Assembly (NCBI GenBank): GCA_042094875.1
Contig: JBELCI010000012.1
Location: 30,104 to 94,103 of the forward strand
Reading direction: 5' to 3'
Origin: OM43 beta proteobacterium
GTDB taxonomy: Bacteria; Pseudomonadota; Gammaproteobacteria; Burkholderiales; Methylophilaceae
DNA: 64,000 nt
Translations under genes and position numbers: made by a program
Notes under the pieces: model-generated
What the model saw: only the letters and a program-made list of their open reading frames with translations
Database searches by the model: none
Told to the model about the DNA's origin: nothing
Part shown: positions 32,075-42,064 of the stretch, piece after piece
How the letters are laid out: every line of letters starts with the position of its first letter
How positions within the stretch are numbered: the first letter of the stretch is position 1

Positions 32075-32686
32075 TTATAAACCAAGCAAAGCTCGGTGAG
32101 AAAGACCATTGGTCATTAATAATAACATTGGTATTGAAAGCATAGTATTAGTTCTTGAAGCTAAAAGAGCTACTCTTCTTGCTTTTACTTTTTCATCATC
32201 ACTAGCTTTTTTCATACCAAGTATTTTCTGTTGATTAGGCCAAATTAAACCCCATACATTAAAAAGCATTATTGTTCCCATCCAAGATCCCAAACCAATG
32301 GCCTCATACCCTGGTCTTAGTAAAAAAGCATCAACAAAACTTGATCCTAACAATGCTGCGCCAGCAATCCAGGTTACTAATGCAGCCCATCTAAACCATA
32401 ATAGTGCAAGAGGAGCGACATGCTTTGTTATGCCAGAGCCAGTTCCATCAGCTGTTGCTTCTTTTAATGCAGGTACCTGAACAAAATTAAAGTAATATAA
32501 AAGTCCTATCCAAGCTATACCTGCAATTACATGGAAGAATCTCATAAATCCATTATAAATATCACTTGCGTCACCTAGAAGCCCTGTAGTACTCAGCTCA
32601 TTCCAATCTAAATATACTAAAGAAATTATTAACAGGACTATACCCGCAATAATTGTTCCTTTGATTGATTCTAATGGGTTTTTCAT
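32075..32686 (-). CDS. polytopic membrane protein resembling the N-terminal membrane domain of urate hydroxylase PuuD
   Basis: 203 aa. FFHVIAGIAWIGLLYYFNFVQ matches my recollection of the conserved His-containing helix of PuuD-like proteins. No cytochrome c (CxxCH) domain is present. Confidence 0.6.
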   Translation of the reverse strand: MKNPLESIKGTIIAGIVLLIISLVYLDWNELSTTGLLGDASDIYNGFMRFFHVIAGIAWIGLLYYFNFVQVPALKEATADGTGSGITKHVAPLALLWFRWAALVTWIAGAALLGSSFVDAFLLRPGYEAIGLGSWMGTIMLFNVWGLIWPNQQKILGMKKASDDEKVKARRVALLASRTNTMLSIPMLLLMTNGLSHRALLGL

Positions 32687-32811
32687 AAATCTACACTCCT
32701 AATGTAAAATATATATATGTATTAAAGCGTTATTTTACCTGAAATATTAGAAGTATTCACCTAAATTAATATCATATAATGACGCACTAAAAATTTTTTT
32801 GAGAATCTTAC

Positions 32812-33654
32812 ATGTATTTAATTCATAAAGGGGCTATATGGATGCTGATAGCAACCTTTTTCTTTGCATTAATGGGGACTTTTGTTAAATTAGGTGGTGA
32901 AAATTTTAATTCAACAGAATTAGTATTTTATCGCTCATTAATTAGCCTCTTAATTATTGTAGGTATTATGAGATTAAAAAAAATCTCATTTTCATCCAGC
33001 TATATAAAACTTCATATGGCGAGATCATCAATTGGCTTTATTTCATTATTATTCTTTTTTTATGCAATTAACAATTTACCATTAAGCACGGCAATATCAT
33101 TAAACTATACATCCCCACTTTTTTTAGGGCTTCTAATGCCTTTAATCTTAAAAAGAAAAGTTAAAAAATGGTTATTTATTACAGTCATTATAGGGTTTAT
33201 AGGGGTCTTCTTTATTCTCAGACCAACATTTGAAAACCAGAATTATATTGCGGGTGTAATTGGTCTTGTATCTGGATTTGGTGCAGCTATGGCATATTTA
33301 TTTGTTACACAATTAGGGCAATTAAAAGAGCCAGATTTAAGAACAATATTTTATTTCACATTAATATCTACAATATGTTCTGGCTTTATGATGATTTTCG
33401 ATGAAATTCACAAAATTCAATATAAATATATATTTATTCTTATTGGCTTAGGTATAAGCGCCACAATTGCTCAAATTGCAATTACAAAAGCTTATAGGGT
33501 CGGGAATACTTTAGGCAACGCTGGCTTATCCTATTTAACGATAATCTTTTCTACAATAATTGGAGCTGTATGGCTTGGTGAACTATTAGACAAACAAACT
33601 GCTTTTGGAATAATGCTTATTATCATCAGCGGTTTTTTTGCATCTAAAAAATAA
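32812..33654 (+). CDS. EamA/DMT-family transporter
   Basis: 280 aa with 10 predicted TM segments in two repeated halves, typical of EamA-domain permeases. Confidence 0.8.
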   Translation: MYLIHKGAIWMLIATFFFALMGTFVKLGGENFNSTELVFYRSLISLLIIVGIMRLKKISFSSSYIKLHMARSSIGFISLLFFFYAINNLPLSTAISLNYTSPLFLGLLMPLILKRKVKKWLFITVIIGFIGVFFILRPTFENQNYIAGVIGLVSGFGAAMAYLFVTQLGQLKEPDLRTIFYFTLISTICSGFMMIFDEIHKIQYKYIFILIGLGISATIAQIAITKAYRVGNTLGNAGLSYLTIIFSTIIGAVWLGELLDKQTAFGIMLIIISGFFASKK

Positions 33655-34293
33655 TTATGGGTCCAAAAGACCAGATCTAATTGCAATTAAAGCTATTTCA
33701 GCTGAATTATTTGCGTTTAGTTTTTGTTTAATATTATAAAGATGAGTTCCTACAGTTCTTGGACTTAAACACATTGTATCAGCGATCTCATTGGTGCTTT
33801 TACCTTTAGCTAAAGCTATGAAAACTTCAAACTCTCTATCTGACAGAATCTCAACAGGGTTGTTTTCCCCTGACAATTGCGTAATTGCCATTTGTTGGGC
33901 AACATCTGGTTCTAAATATTTTTTACCACTATTAACCGATCTAATAGCTTTGATTAATTCTTCTGCTGCACTTCTTTTTGTTAAATATCCTAATGCACCA
34001 GCACTTAAGGATCTTTTTGGGTGAACTGAATCTTCATGCGCTGATAGAACTAAAATTTTAGCCTTTTTATCAAATGCAATAATTCTTTCAATAGCATCTA
34101 AACCTCCCATTCCAGGCATTGTTATATCCATAATTACAACATTTGGTTTGTGCTCCTTAAATGAAGTAATACCTTGTTCGCCAGACTCTGCCTCACAAAT
34201 AACAGCCATATCTGATTCATTTTCAATAAGCATTTTAAAACCCATTCTGACGACTGAATGATCATCTACCAATAAAATATTTATTTTAGCCAT
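33655..34293 (-). CDS. two-component response regulator, NarL/FixJ (LuxR-type HTH) family
   Basis: Receiver domain (LLVDDH, phospho-acceptor in VVIMDITMPGMGG, LSAH) and a C-terminal LuxR HTH (LSDREFEVFIALAKGKSTNEIADTMCLSPRTVGTHLYNI). Confidence 0.92.
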   Translation of the reverse strand: MAKINILLVDDHSVVRMGFKMLIENESDMAVICEAESGEQGITSFKEHKPNVVIMDITMPGMGGLDAIERIIAFDKKAKILVLSAHEDSVHPKRSLSAGALGYLTKRSAAEELIKAIRSVNSGKKYLEPDVAQQMAITQLSGENNPVEILSDREFEVFIALAKGKSTNEIADTMCLSPRTVGTHLYNIKQKLNANNSAEIALIAIRSGLLDP

Positions 34294-34299
34294 ACTTTT

Positions 34300-36006
34300 T
34301 TACAACCTTCCTGGAATTATAATAGTCAATTTTGTACCATCTGATCGGCTACTTTTTATTTCAAAAGTACCCCTTAGAGACTGAACTCGTTCTTTAATTC
34401 CCACCAATCCAAATTGTTTAGAATTCTTAAGGGTATTTGTGTTAAATCCTACACCATTATCTGAAAACTCTAATACTAAATCTTTTTTTATGATGCTTAG
34501 ATTTATTTTAATTTTACTTGCTTTTGAATGCTTTAAAGCGTTATTCATACATTCTTGGATAATTCTATAAATATTTATGTTGATGACTTCTCCTAAATCA
34601 TCTATATCCCCTTTTATGCTTAAGATTAATTGTAAATTTGAATGTTGCTTTTGCCAATTGCTTACAGAATCCTTAATGGTCTCACTTAATCCTAAATTAT
34701 CTAGAGCACCAGGTCTAAGCTTACGTATAATGTTGTGCATGCCATCATATATTTGATTCGCTGCTGATGTCACAGAAGAGGCGCTTGTTTGAATAATTTT
34801 GTTTCCTTTAGATTTATTACTTATGTTTTGCGCAAAAATTTTAATCGCTGAAACATATTGACCTAATTCATCATGTAATTCTCTTGCTAAACTTCTTCTT
34901 TCATCTTCAATATGCTCCTGAATAATCGTTGTTAATTTTCTATTTTTTTCCAATTCGTCAAGTGATTTTTTTGCTAATATCCTCTCAGTAATATCCCTCA
35001 TACTTACAATATCTCCAATTAATTTTTTTGTTTTTGGATCTATTAAAGGTGAGGCTGAAATGGATACATCAATTAATTTGCCATTCTTAGCTATTCTTTT
35101 AGTTGTAAAATCATGTATAAATTTATTCTTCTGCATCAAGCTAAGATTTTTATCAAACTCTTTTTTTAAAGATTTAGGAACAATTAAATTCGCTGACTTT
35201 CCTAAAACTTCTTTTTTCTTGTAACCGAAAATTCTTTGAGCAGAATTATTCCAAAAAGAAATATTCATTTTCTCATCATGAATAATAACTGCATCAGCTG
35301 TTTGTTCAGCAATCAAACCTAACCTTTTATTCTCTATCATTGTTTTTTGAAGAGATGTTCCCATAGCATTAAAATTTAGTGCAATAGATCTAAATTCGGG
35401 AACATTAAAATGTGGAAGTCGAGTATCAAAGCCGCCCCTACCAATTTTTTCAATTGCCTCAAGCATTTTATTAATAGGTTTTAACCATTGACCCAATAAC
35501 CAATAAACAAATATATTAAATAACAAAAAGAAAATTAAAGTTGTTGAAAATAATGTTCTCAATTCTACCCATGCACCCCTAATAGTTCCTGATGCATTAG
35601 ATTGAACAATTAATCTTCCTGAATTAATGAATCTAGAATTAGTTACTTTTTTTGGACTAATGAAATCTATGTACCATTTAGGTGGCTCAATTTCTAATAA
35701 ATAAGATGACGGTGGCGACCTATAAGTAAGATCCCCTTGAGTATTGTAAAGAAAAATATCATTACTTCTAACATATCCAAGTTGTCTTAAAAATCTTCTA
35801 ATAACATCGTGCGTACTGCCCCACTCCGGGTTTTGAACTGATCTTACTATAATTGTTTCAAGCAACTGAAGAGTAACTTTATTTGCAGATTCAACACCTT
35901 CTTGAATTGTTGATTTAGACGAACTCATTGATACCATTGCTAAAGCTATTATTAAAAACAACATAATAAGTGTTATTAGTAAATTAAATCTTAATCTGAG
36001 TGTCAT
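34300..36006 (-). CDS. sensor histidine kinase (2 TM + periplasmic domain, HAMP, PAS, HisKA_3, HATPase)
   Basis: 568 aa. TM segments at about residues 8-27 and 152-172, a PAS-like segment (AVIIHDEKMNISFWNNSAQRIFGY), an H-box ARELHDELGQ (NarX-type HisKA_3), and N/G boxes (NALKHS, DNGVGF). Confidence 0.9.
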   Translation of the reverse strand: MTLRLRFNLLITLIMLFLIIALAMVSMSSSKSTIQEGVESANKVTLQLLETIIVRSVQNPEWGSTHDVIRRFLRQLGYVRSNDIFLYNTQGDLTYRSPPSSYLLEIEPPKWYIDFISPKKVTNSRFINSGRLIVQSNASGTIRGAWVELRTLFSTTLIFFLLFNIFVYWLLGQWLKPINKMLEAIEKIGRGGFDTRLPHFNVPEFRSIALNFNAMGTSLQKTMIENKRLGLIAEQTADAVIIHDEKMNISFWNNSAQRIFGYKKKEVLGKSANLIVPKSLKKEFDKNLSLMQKNKFIHDFTTKRIAKNGKLIDVSISASPLIDPKTKKLIGDIVSMRDITERILAKKSLDELEKNRKLTTIIQEHIEDERRSLARELHDELGQYVSAIKIFAQNISNKSKGNKIIQTSASSVTSAANQIYDGMHNIIRKLRPGALDNLGLSETIKDSVSNWQKQHSNLQLILSIKGDIDDLGEVININIYRIIQECMNNALKHSKASKIKINLSIIKKDLVLEFSDNGVGFNTNTLKNSKQFGLVGIKERVQSLRGTFEIKSSRSDGTKLTIIIPGRL

Positions 36007-36157
36007 AAAATAACTGCTATATTAAATTTAGTTAACCTTTTATATATATATTTTTACAAACAAAGGTCTTATCGAATATCTATATTATATAATTTTTTAA
36101 ATTTATTCATGTAAGATTTATATAATTAATTTACCGGTTTAATAGGAGATAGTTTTA

Positions 36158-38131
36158 ATGTCAATAGAGTCAATAAATACAGAAGATCGTATTTTTAATC
36201 CCAGCGAAGAAATAATAAAAAATGCAAACATATCAGGGATGGATAATTATAGATCTATATTAAAAAAATTTGAAAAAGATTACCAAGGGACATGGGCAGA
36301 ATTAGCTAAAGAGTTACTAATTTGGAATAAACCATTCACAAAAATCTTAAATGATAAAAATCCACCATTCTATAAGTGGTTTGAGGATGGAAAGTTAAAC
36401 GCCTCTTTTAATTGTCTTGATAGACATATACAAACACAGCCAAATAAAACGGCAATTATTTTTGAAGCTGATGATGGAAAAGTTACATCTATTTCATATT
36501 TAGAATTATATGAGAGAGTTTGCAAGTTTGCTAATGGACTGAAGACTTTTAATTTATCATTAGGAGACAGGGTAATAATTTATTTACCTATGGGTATTGA
36601 AGCAATTGTTGCAATGCAAGCTTGTGCAAGAATTGGACTTACTCATTCCGTAATATTTGGCGGTTTTTCTGCAAAAAGTATTCAAGAAAGAATAGAAGAT
36701 ACAAAAGCAAAATTAGTAATAACTGCAGATGGTCAATTTAGAGGCGGGAAATTTATTGAGCTTAAAGCTAAAGTTGATGAAGCTATAAAAATAGGAAAAT
36801 GTGAGTCTGTAGAAAAAATAATTATCTTCAATAGAGCTAATAAAAAAATAACTAAAAATAAAAATGATATCTTATGGGAAGACTTAATCCTAAACCAACC
36901 AGCCAAATGTGATCCAGTTTTTGTATCTGCAGAGCACCCTTTATTTATTCTTTACACATCAGGTTCAACAGGAAAACCTAAGGGAGTTCAGCATTCAACA
37001 GCTGGATATTTACTTCACGCAATCAACACTTGCAGATGGACCTTTGATATTCAAAAAAATGATATCTATTGGTGCACAGCTGATGTTGGATGGATTACTG
37101 GACATACATACGTCACATACGGACCTACAGCACTTGGGGTAACACAATTAATTTTTGAAGGAATACCCACTTATCCTGATGCAAGTCGGTTTTGGCAGCT
37201 TATTGAAAAACATAAGGTCAGCATTTTTTATACTGCGCCAACTGCTATAAGAGCATTAATAAAAGCTTCAGAAGTTTCCCCAAAAACTCATCCCAAAAAA
37301 TTTAACTTAAATTCACTTAGAATTTTAGGGACTGTAGGTGAACCAATAAACCCAGAAGCATGGATTTGGTATTACGAAAATATTGGAAATAAATGCTGTC
37401 CAGTGGTAGATACATTCTGGCAAACTGAAACTGGTGGTCACGTAATCACTCCACTTCCAGGAGCTACGCCATTAGTTCCAGGTTCATGTACTTTACCCTT
37501 CCCTGGAATTGAAGTCGATGTTGTTGATGAAGAAGGAAATGATCAAGATTGGGGAAATGGGGGGTTATTAGTTATTAAAAAACCTTGGCCCTCTATGATT
37601 AGAACAATTTGGAACGATCCTGAACGATTCAAGAATAGTTATTTTCCTAAAGAATTAGGAGGGGAAACATACTTAGCTGGAGATGGAGCAGTTCGCAACA
37701 AAGAAACGGGCTATTTTACTATTATGGGGCGTATTGACGATGTTTTAAATGTTTCAGGTCACAGATTAGGTACTATGGAGGTAGAATCAGCTCTCGTAGC
37801 TAATAAAATGGTCACTGAAGCAGCAGTAGTTGGAAGACCACACGATATAAAAGGAGAATCAATTGTGGCGTTTGTAGTTCTTAAAGGAAATAGGCCTACA
37901 AAACAAAATGCTAAAATTATTATTGACGATCTTAAGAATTGGGTAGCTAAAGAGATTGGTCCGATAGCAAAACCAGACGAAATAAGATTTGGGGATAATT
38001 TACCAAAAACACGATCAGGAAAGATAATGCGTCGCCTATTAAGAACAATGGCTAAGGGAGAAAAAATAAAATCTGATATATCTACTTTAGAGAATCCAGC
38101 AATATTAGACCAACTTAGTGAAACTCTATAA
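36158..38131 (+). CDS. acs: acetyl-CoA synthetase (AMP-forming)
   Basis: 657 aa with [14 protein letters not shown]-binding motif, WWQTETGG-like (FWQTETGG) and C-terminal [11 protein letters not shown]. Confidence 0.97.
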   Translation: MSIESINTEDRIFNPSEEIIKNANISGMDNYRSILKKFEKDYQGTWAELAKELLIWNKPFTKILNDKNPPFYKWFEDGKLNASFNCLDRHIQTQPNKTAIIFEADDGKVTSISYLELYERVCKFANGLKTFNLSLGDRVIIYLPMGIEAIVAMQACARIGLTHSVIFGGFSAKSIQERIEDTKAKLVITADGQFRGGKFIELKAKVDEAIKIGKCESVEKIIIFNRANKKITKNKNDILWEDLILNQPAKCDPVFVSAEHPLFILYTSGSTGKPKGVQHSTAGYLLHAINTCRWTFDIQKNDIYWCTADVGWITGHTYVTYGPTALGVTQLIFEGIPTYPDASRFWQLIEKHKVSIFYTAPTAIRALIKASEVSPKTHPKKFNLNSLRILGTVGEPINPEAWIWYYENIGNKCCPVVDTFWQTETGGHVITPLPGATPLVPGSCTLPFPGIEVDVVDEEGNDQDWGNGGLLVIKKPWPSMIRTIWNDPERFKNSYFPKELGGETYLAGDGAVRNKETGYFTIMGRIDDVLNVSGHRLGTMEVESALVANKMVTEAAVVGRPHDIKGESIVAFVVLKGNRPTKQNAKIIIDDLKNWVAKEIGPIAKPDEIRFGDNLPKTRSGKIMRRLLRTMAKGEKIKSDISTLENPAILDQLSETL

Positions 38132-38166
38132 AATGAAAGTTAAAATATTTTTTTGGGTAACATAAA

Positions 38167-41100
38167 ATTCAATTTTCTCTAAAAAAAACACTTATATTCC
38201 TTGGAATAACTACAGTTACAATCCTAACGATCGGGTTCTTAACTTTTTATTTCTTTGTTCAATCCAACCTGGATGAATTCAAGGAGCATTTAACTTTTAA
38301 AATAAGTGAACAATTTGAAAAAAAAGTTGAGATTGAAAGTATTGAGGCTCAATGGAGAATAACAAATCCAAGTCTGACTCTCTATAATTTATCTATTTAC
38401 AATGAAAGCCTTGAGAAATCCTTTGATTTAAAAAAAATACGTATTGATATTTCATGGTTTTCTATTTTAAAATTCGAGCCAATACTAGATGAAATTGTTT
38501 TGTATGAGCCAAATTTAGATATAGAAAAAAATAAAGACGAACAATATAGTATCGGTGGTATCTCAATTCAAACTAAACAAAATCCATCCGCTTCAAATTG
38601 GATTTTAAATCAAGATGAAATAATTATAATAAACGGAAAAATAAAATGGCGTGATCATACAAGAAACGCGCCTCCACTTTTAATAGAAAATATAAATGCT
38701 TCTTATGAATCATCAATTGGCCTTGCAAAGTTAGGTCGGCATGAATTTAATATAAGCGGTCAATTAGTTAATTTAAATAATCAAGTTATGAATCTGAGTG
38801 GCCATTTTGACGGCTCTTCAATAGAAAATATTAAAAATAGTAATGGGCAATTAAATCTATCTATTGCAAAAGTTGACATAAATGAGTTTAGGCCCTGGAT
38901 AGATTATCCAATAGAAATATTGTCTGCAAATGGTGACATAAAACTGAGTGCAGACTTTGATGCTGGAAAATTAATTCGCGTTAATTCTGAATTAGATGTT
39001 AAAAATTTTGTAACAAAAATTAATGAAATAGATGGGCCTCTTACTCTTAAAAAATTCAAAGGTGAGATTTCGTATTTATTAAAAAAGAATATAACTTCAT
39101 TAAATATCTCCAAAATAAAAGTATTAACTGATAATGGTATCAACATTGAAGATGGAGAGTTTCTTCTATCAGTAAATACTTCTGAAAAAAAACTAGATGA
39201 AATTGGTATAAAATTAAACCGCATTAACCTTGAATCAGCGCATGAAATAATAAGACACATCCCTTACACAAAATCAGTTCAATCATTAGTCCAAGAAATT
39301 TCACCAAAAGGACAATTTAGAGATTTAACGTTGAACTGGAAACTTTCAGAGAAAGTAATTAAAGGTTTTTCTTTAAGTGACAAAAACTCATTTAGTTCAA
39401 CTAAGACAATTGGAGATTTAAATTTAGCTAATTTGTCAATAAAAGGCCAACTTTTAAATGTAAGTTTTAATTCCTATAAAAATTTTCCTGGAATTAAAAA
39501 CTTAACCGGCTTAGTAAACATAAAAAAAACTGGAGGTACAATCAAATCGGTCTCAAAAGATCTTACAATTATTAAAGAAGATATTTTTAGGCAGCCTTTG
39601 AAATTTTCCCAATTTTCAGGACTAATAGAATGGAAAAATAATTTATTTAATTTAAAAAATATAGTTATTCAAAATGAAGATATCAATTCAATTATCAATG
39701 GAAGCTATAAATATATAGATCAGCAAAATGACTTTATTGACCTGTCAATAAAATTACCATCACTCAATTTACCAAGTATGAAGAAATACTATCCAAAACA
39801 ACTTGGTGAAAAAACCTTACATTGGTTAGACACATCGCTTCTTAAGGGGCAAGCTGAAAATACATTTATAAGGTTAAAAGGTAAGAGACAAGAATTTCCT
39901 TTTGTTAATAATAAAAATGAAGCAGATACACAAAAAGGAATTTTTACGGTCGAATCTGATATAAAAAATAGCTTTATTGAATATGGTGTTGGTTGGCCTG
40001 AATTAAATAATTTCGATTTTCAAATTAATGTGAAAAATAATGTAGTTGAATTTATTAGTAATAAAGGAGATCTTCTACAAAATAATATACAAAAACTGAA
40101 TGCAACCATTTCACCCATGAATATTGAAAATCCAATTATGGAAATTGATCTTATTTTAGATAGTCCAATATCAAAAATTGTTAACGCAATAAATAAAAGC
40201 CCGATTAAAAAAGTTATGAAAGGTCTTTTTGATGAAATGAAAGGTGCGGGGCCTGGGCAACTAGCTGTACAACTTCAAATACCTCTCAAGGACGAGAATA
40301 ATATAACATTTAACGGAAACTATGAATTTCAAAATAGCCATCTAATTAATGATTCTTTAGGTATGCCAAAAATTGAAAATATTGTTGGTTATGTTGAATT
40401 TGATCAAAACAATATAGAAATAAAGGAAGCAAAAGCTAGCATATCTGATAGCCCAATAAAATTATCATTAGATAATTTAGGTGACATAACTCAAGTTAAT
40501 ATTGATGGTGTAATTAATCAGCAGTTTTTTCGATCAGCTTTTGGCGAAGATTGGACAAATAAATTAACTGGCGAAGCTTCTTGGTTTGCAGAAATAAAAA
40601 TAAAAGATAAAACAACTGATGTAATGATTTCGAGTGATTTAAAAGGGCTTGAATCTAACCTACCTCTTCCTTTTGATAAAGAAAAAGATGAAGTAAAAAC
40701 TTTTTTATTAACCAAGCAGGTATCCAAAATTAATCAAGAAATAATAAAAGCTGAACTTAGCACCATTGCATTTGCAAAATTAATAAAAGAAAAAGATTCA
40801 AATGGGAACATGCAATTTAAAAATGGATTAATTAACATTAACTCAACTCAAAAAGAATTACCTGAAGAAGGTATATTACTATTCGCTGAATTATCGGAAG
40901 TCAATTATGAGAATTTTAATTCTTTTTTAAATAAGCTTGGAACAAAATCATTTATAACCTCTGCAACTATTGATATTAATGAATTAGATATGTATGGATA
41001 CAAAATATTAAATTCCAACATAAAATATTTTCCAAATAATAATAAAACGAGTATTCAAATAACATCTGAAGATGTCATAGGTAATATTTTATGGGATAAA

Positions 41101-42063
41101 AATGAAAATTTAATTAAAGCAGGTTTTGAAAAACTTCATCTTAAAAAGAATAGTGCTTTAAGTGAAAATGACGAAGAAAAATTTATCTTTTCAGATCCTC
41201 CAATAGTAAATATTAAAGCAAAATCTTTAAAGGTCGATGATTACAATTACGGAGATTTGAGTCTAAATGCTTTTAAAGAAAATAAAGTATGGAATATTGA
41301 GAACTTTAAGCTTAATAACCCGAGTCATACAATTAGTGGTTCAGGTTTTTGGGATGATGAAGGCTTAAATCCAAATACATCAATCAACTTTACATGGAAT
41401 ATAGATAATATTCAAAAAACATTTGACCAACTCTCTTATCCAGAGCTTGTAAAAAATGGTAAAGCAAGTGTTATTGGTCTTCTTAGCTGGCCAAATAGTC
41501 CTTTTGATTTTGATAGCTCACAACTTCAAGGTAATTTCTCACTGACTGCAAAAGATGGCATAGTTTTAGAAGCTAAACCAGGAGTCGCAAGACTTTTTGG
41601 TCTATTAACACTTCAAAATCTTCCAAGAAGATTGTCCTTAGACTTTAGTGATATCTTCAGTAAAGGATTTATTTTTGACAGAATTAATGCAGGGGTGATA
41701 GTAAATAAAGGGATTTTAAAATCAAATAGATTCTCGATGGAAGGACCAGCAGCAGAAGTATCTATTAAAGGAGAGACAAATATTATAGAGGAAACTCAAA
41801 ATATTCACGTTGTAGTAAATCCAAGAATTAGTGATAGTCTGTCACTATTATCTTTAGCAGGAGGCCCTTTAGCTGGTGCAGCTGCTTTTGTAGCACAAAA
41901 AATACTAAAAGATCCTCTTAATAAAATTATGTCTGATGAGTATCAAATTATTGGGACTTGGGATGAGCCAGAAGAAATTAGTACTCCAAGAGGAGAAAGA
42001 TTTGGTAAAATGATTGATCAAGAAATCTTAGAGCCATCATCAGAATTTTTAAACATTAAATAA
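38167..42063 (+). CDS. yhdP: YhdP/AsmA-family large envelope protein (DUF3971 + AsmA_2 C-terminus)
   Basis: The C-terminus LLTLQNLPRRLSLDFSDIFSKGF...GPAAEVSIKGE...GGPLAGAAAFVAQK...YQIIGTWDEP matches recalled YhdP, and it has yhdP-tldD synteny. The frame is open from 38161 and encodes a TM anchor, but the first ATG/GTG/TTG is at 38500. The 5' end given here is a proposed ATT start (see findings). Confidence 0.8.
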   Translation: MQFSLKKTLIFLGITTVTILTIGFLTFYFFVQSNLDEFKEHLTFKISEQFEKKVEIESIEAQWRITNPSLTLYNLSIYNESLEKSFDLKKIRIDISWFSILKFEPILDEIVLYEPNLDIEKNKDEQYSIGGISIQTKQNPSASNWILNQDEIIIINGKIKWRDHTRNAPPLLIENINASYESSIGLAKLGRHEFNISGQLVNLNNQVMNLSGHFDGSSIENIKNSNGQLNLSIAKVDINEFRPWIDYPIEILSANGDIKLSADFDAGKLIRVNSELDVKNFVTKINEIDGPLTLKKFKGEISYLLKKNITSLNISKIKVLTDNGINIEDGEFLLSVNTSEKKLDEIGIKLNRINLESAHEIIRHIPYTKSVQSLVQEISPKGQFRDLTLNWKLSEKVIKGFSLSDKNSFSSTKTIGDLNLANLSIKGQLLNVSFNSYKNFPGIKNLTGLVNIKKTGGTIKSVSKDLTIIKEDIFRQPLKFSQFSGLIEWKNNLFNLKNIVIQNEDINSIINGSYKYIDQQNDFIDLSIKLPSLNLPSMKKYYPKQLGEKTLHWLDTSLLKGQAENTFIRLKGKRQEFPFVNNKNEADTQKGIFTVESDIKNSFIEYGVGWPELNNFDFQINVKNNVVEFISNKGDLLQNNIQKLNATISPMNIENPIMEIDLILDSPISKIVNAINKSPIKKVMKGLFDEMKGAGPGQLAVQLQIPLKDENNITFNGNYEFQNSHLINDSLGMPKIENIVGYVEFDQNNIEIKEAKASISDSPIKLSLDNLGDITQVNIDGVINQQFFRSAFGEDWTNKLTGEASWFAEIKIKDKTTDVMISSDLKGLESNLPLPFDKEKDEVKTFLLTKQVSKINQEIIKAELSTIAFAKLIKEKDSNGNMQFKNGLININSTQKELPEEGILLFAELSEVNYENFNSFLNKLGTKSFITSATIDINELDMYGYKILNSNIKYFPNNNKTSIQITSEDVIGNILWDKNENLIKAGFEKLHLKKNSALSENDEEKFIFSDPPIVNIKAKSLKVDDYNYGDLSLNAFKENKVWNIENFKLNNPSHTISGSGFWDDEGLNPNTSINFTWNIDNIQKTFDQLSYPELVKNGKASVIGLLSWPNSPFDFDSSQLQGNFSLTAKDGIVLEAKPGVARLFGLLTLQNLPRRLSLDFSDIFSKGFIFDRINAGVIVNKGILKSNRFSMEGPAAEVSIKGETNIIEETQNIHVVVNPRISDSLSLLSLAGGPLAGAAAFVAQKILKDPLNKIMSDEYQIIGTWDEPEEISTPRGERFGKMIDQEILEPSSEFLNIK

Positions 42064-42064
42064 A

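Noticed and set aside
38148-38154. The T7 homopolymer as a simple sequencing indel explaining the missing yhdP start.
   Set aside because: Adding or removing one T joins the ATG at 38133 to frames that hit a stop within a few codons (TAA at 38158-38160, or TAA at 38180-38182). No single indel here restores a canonical start.
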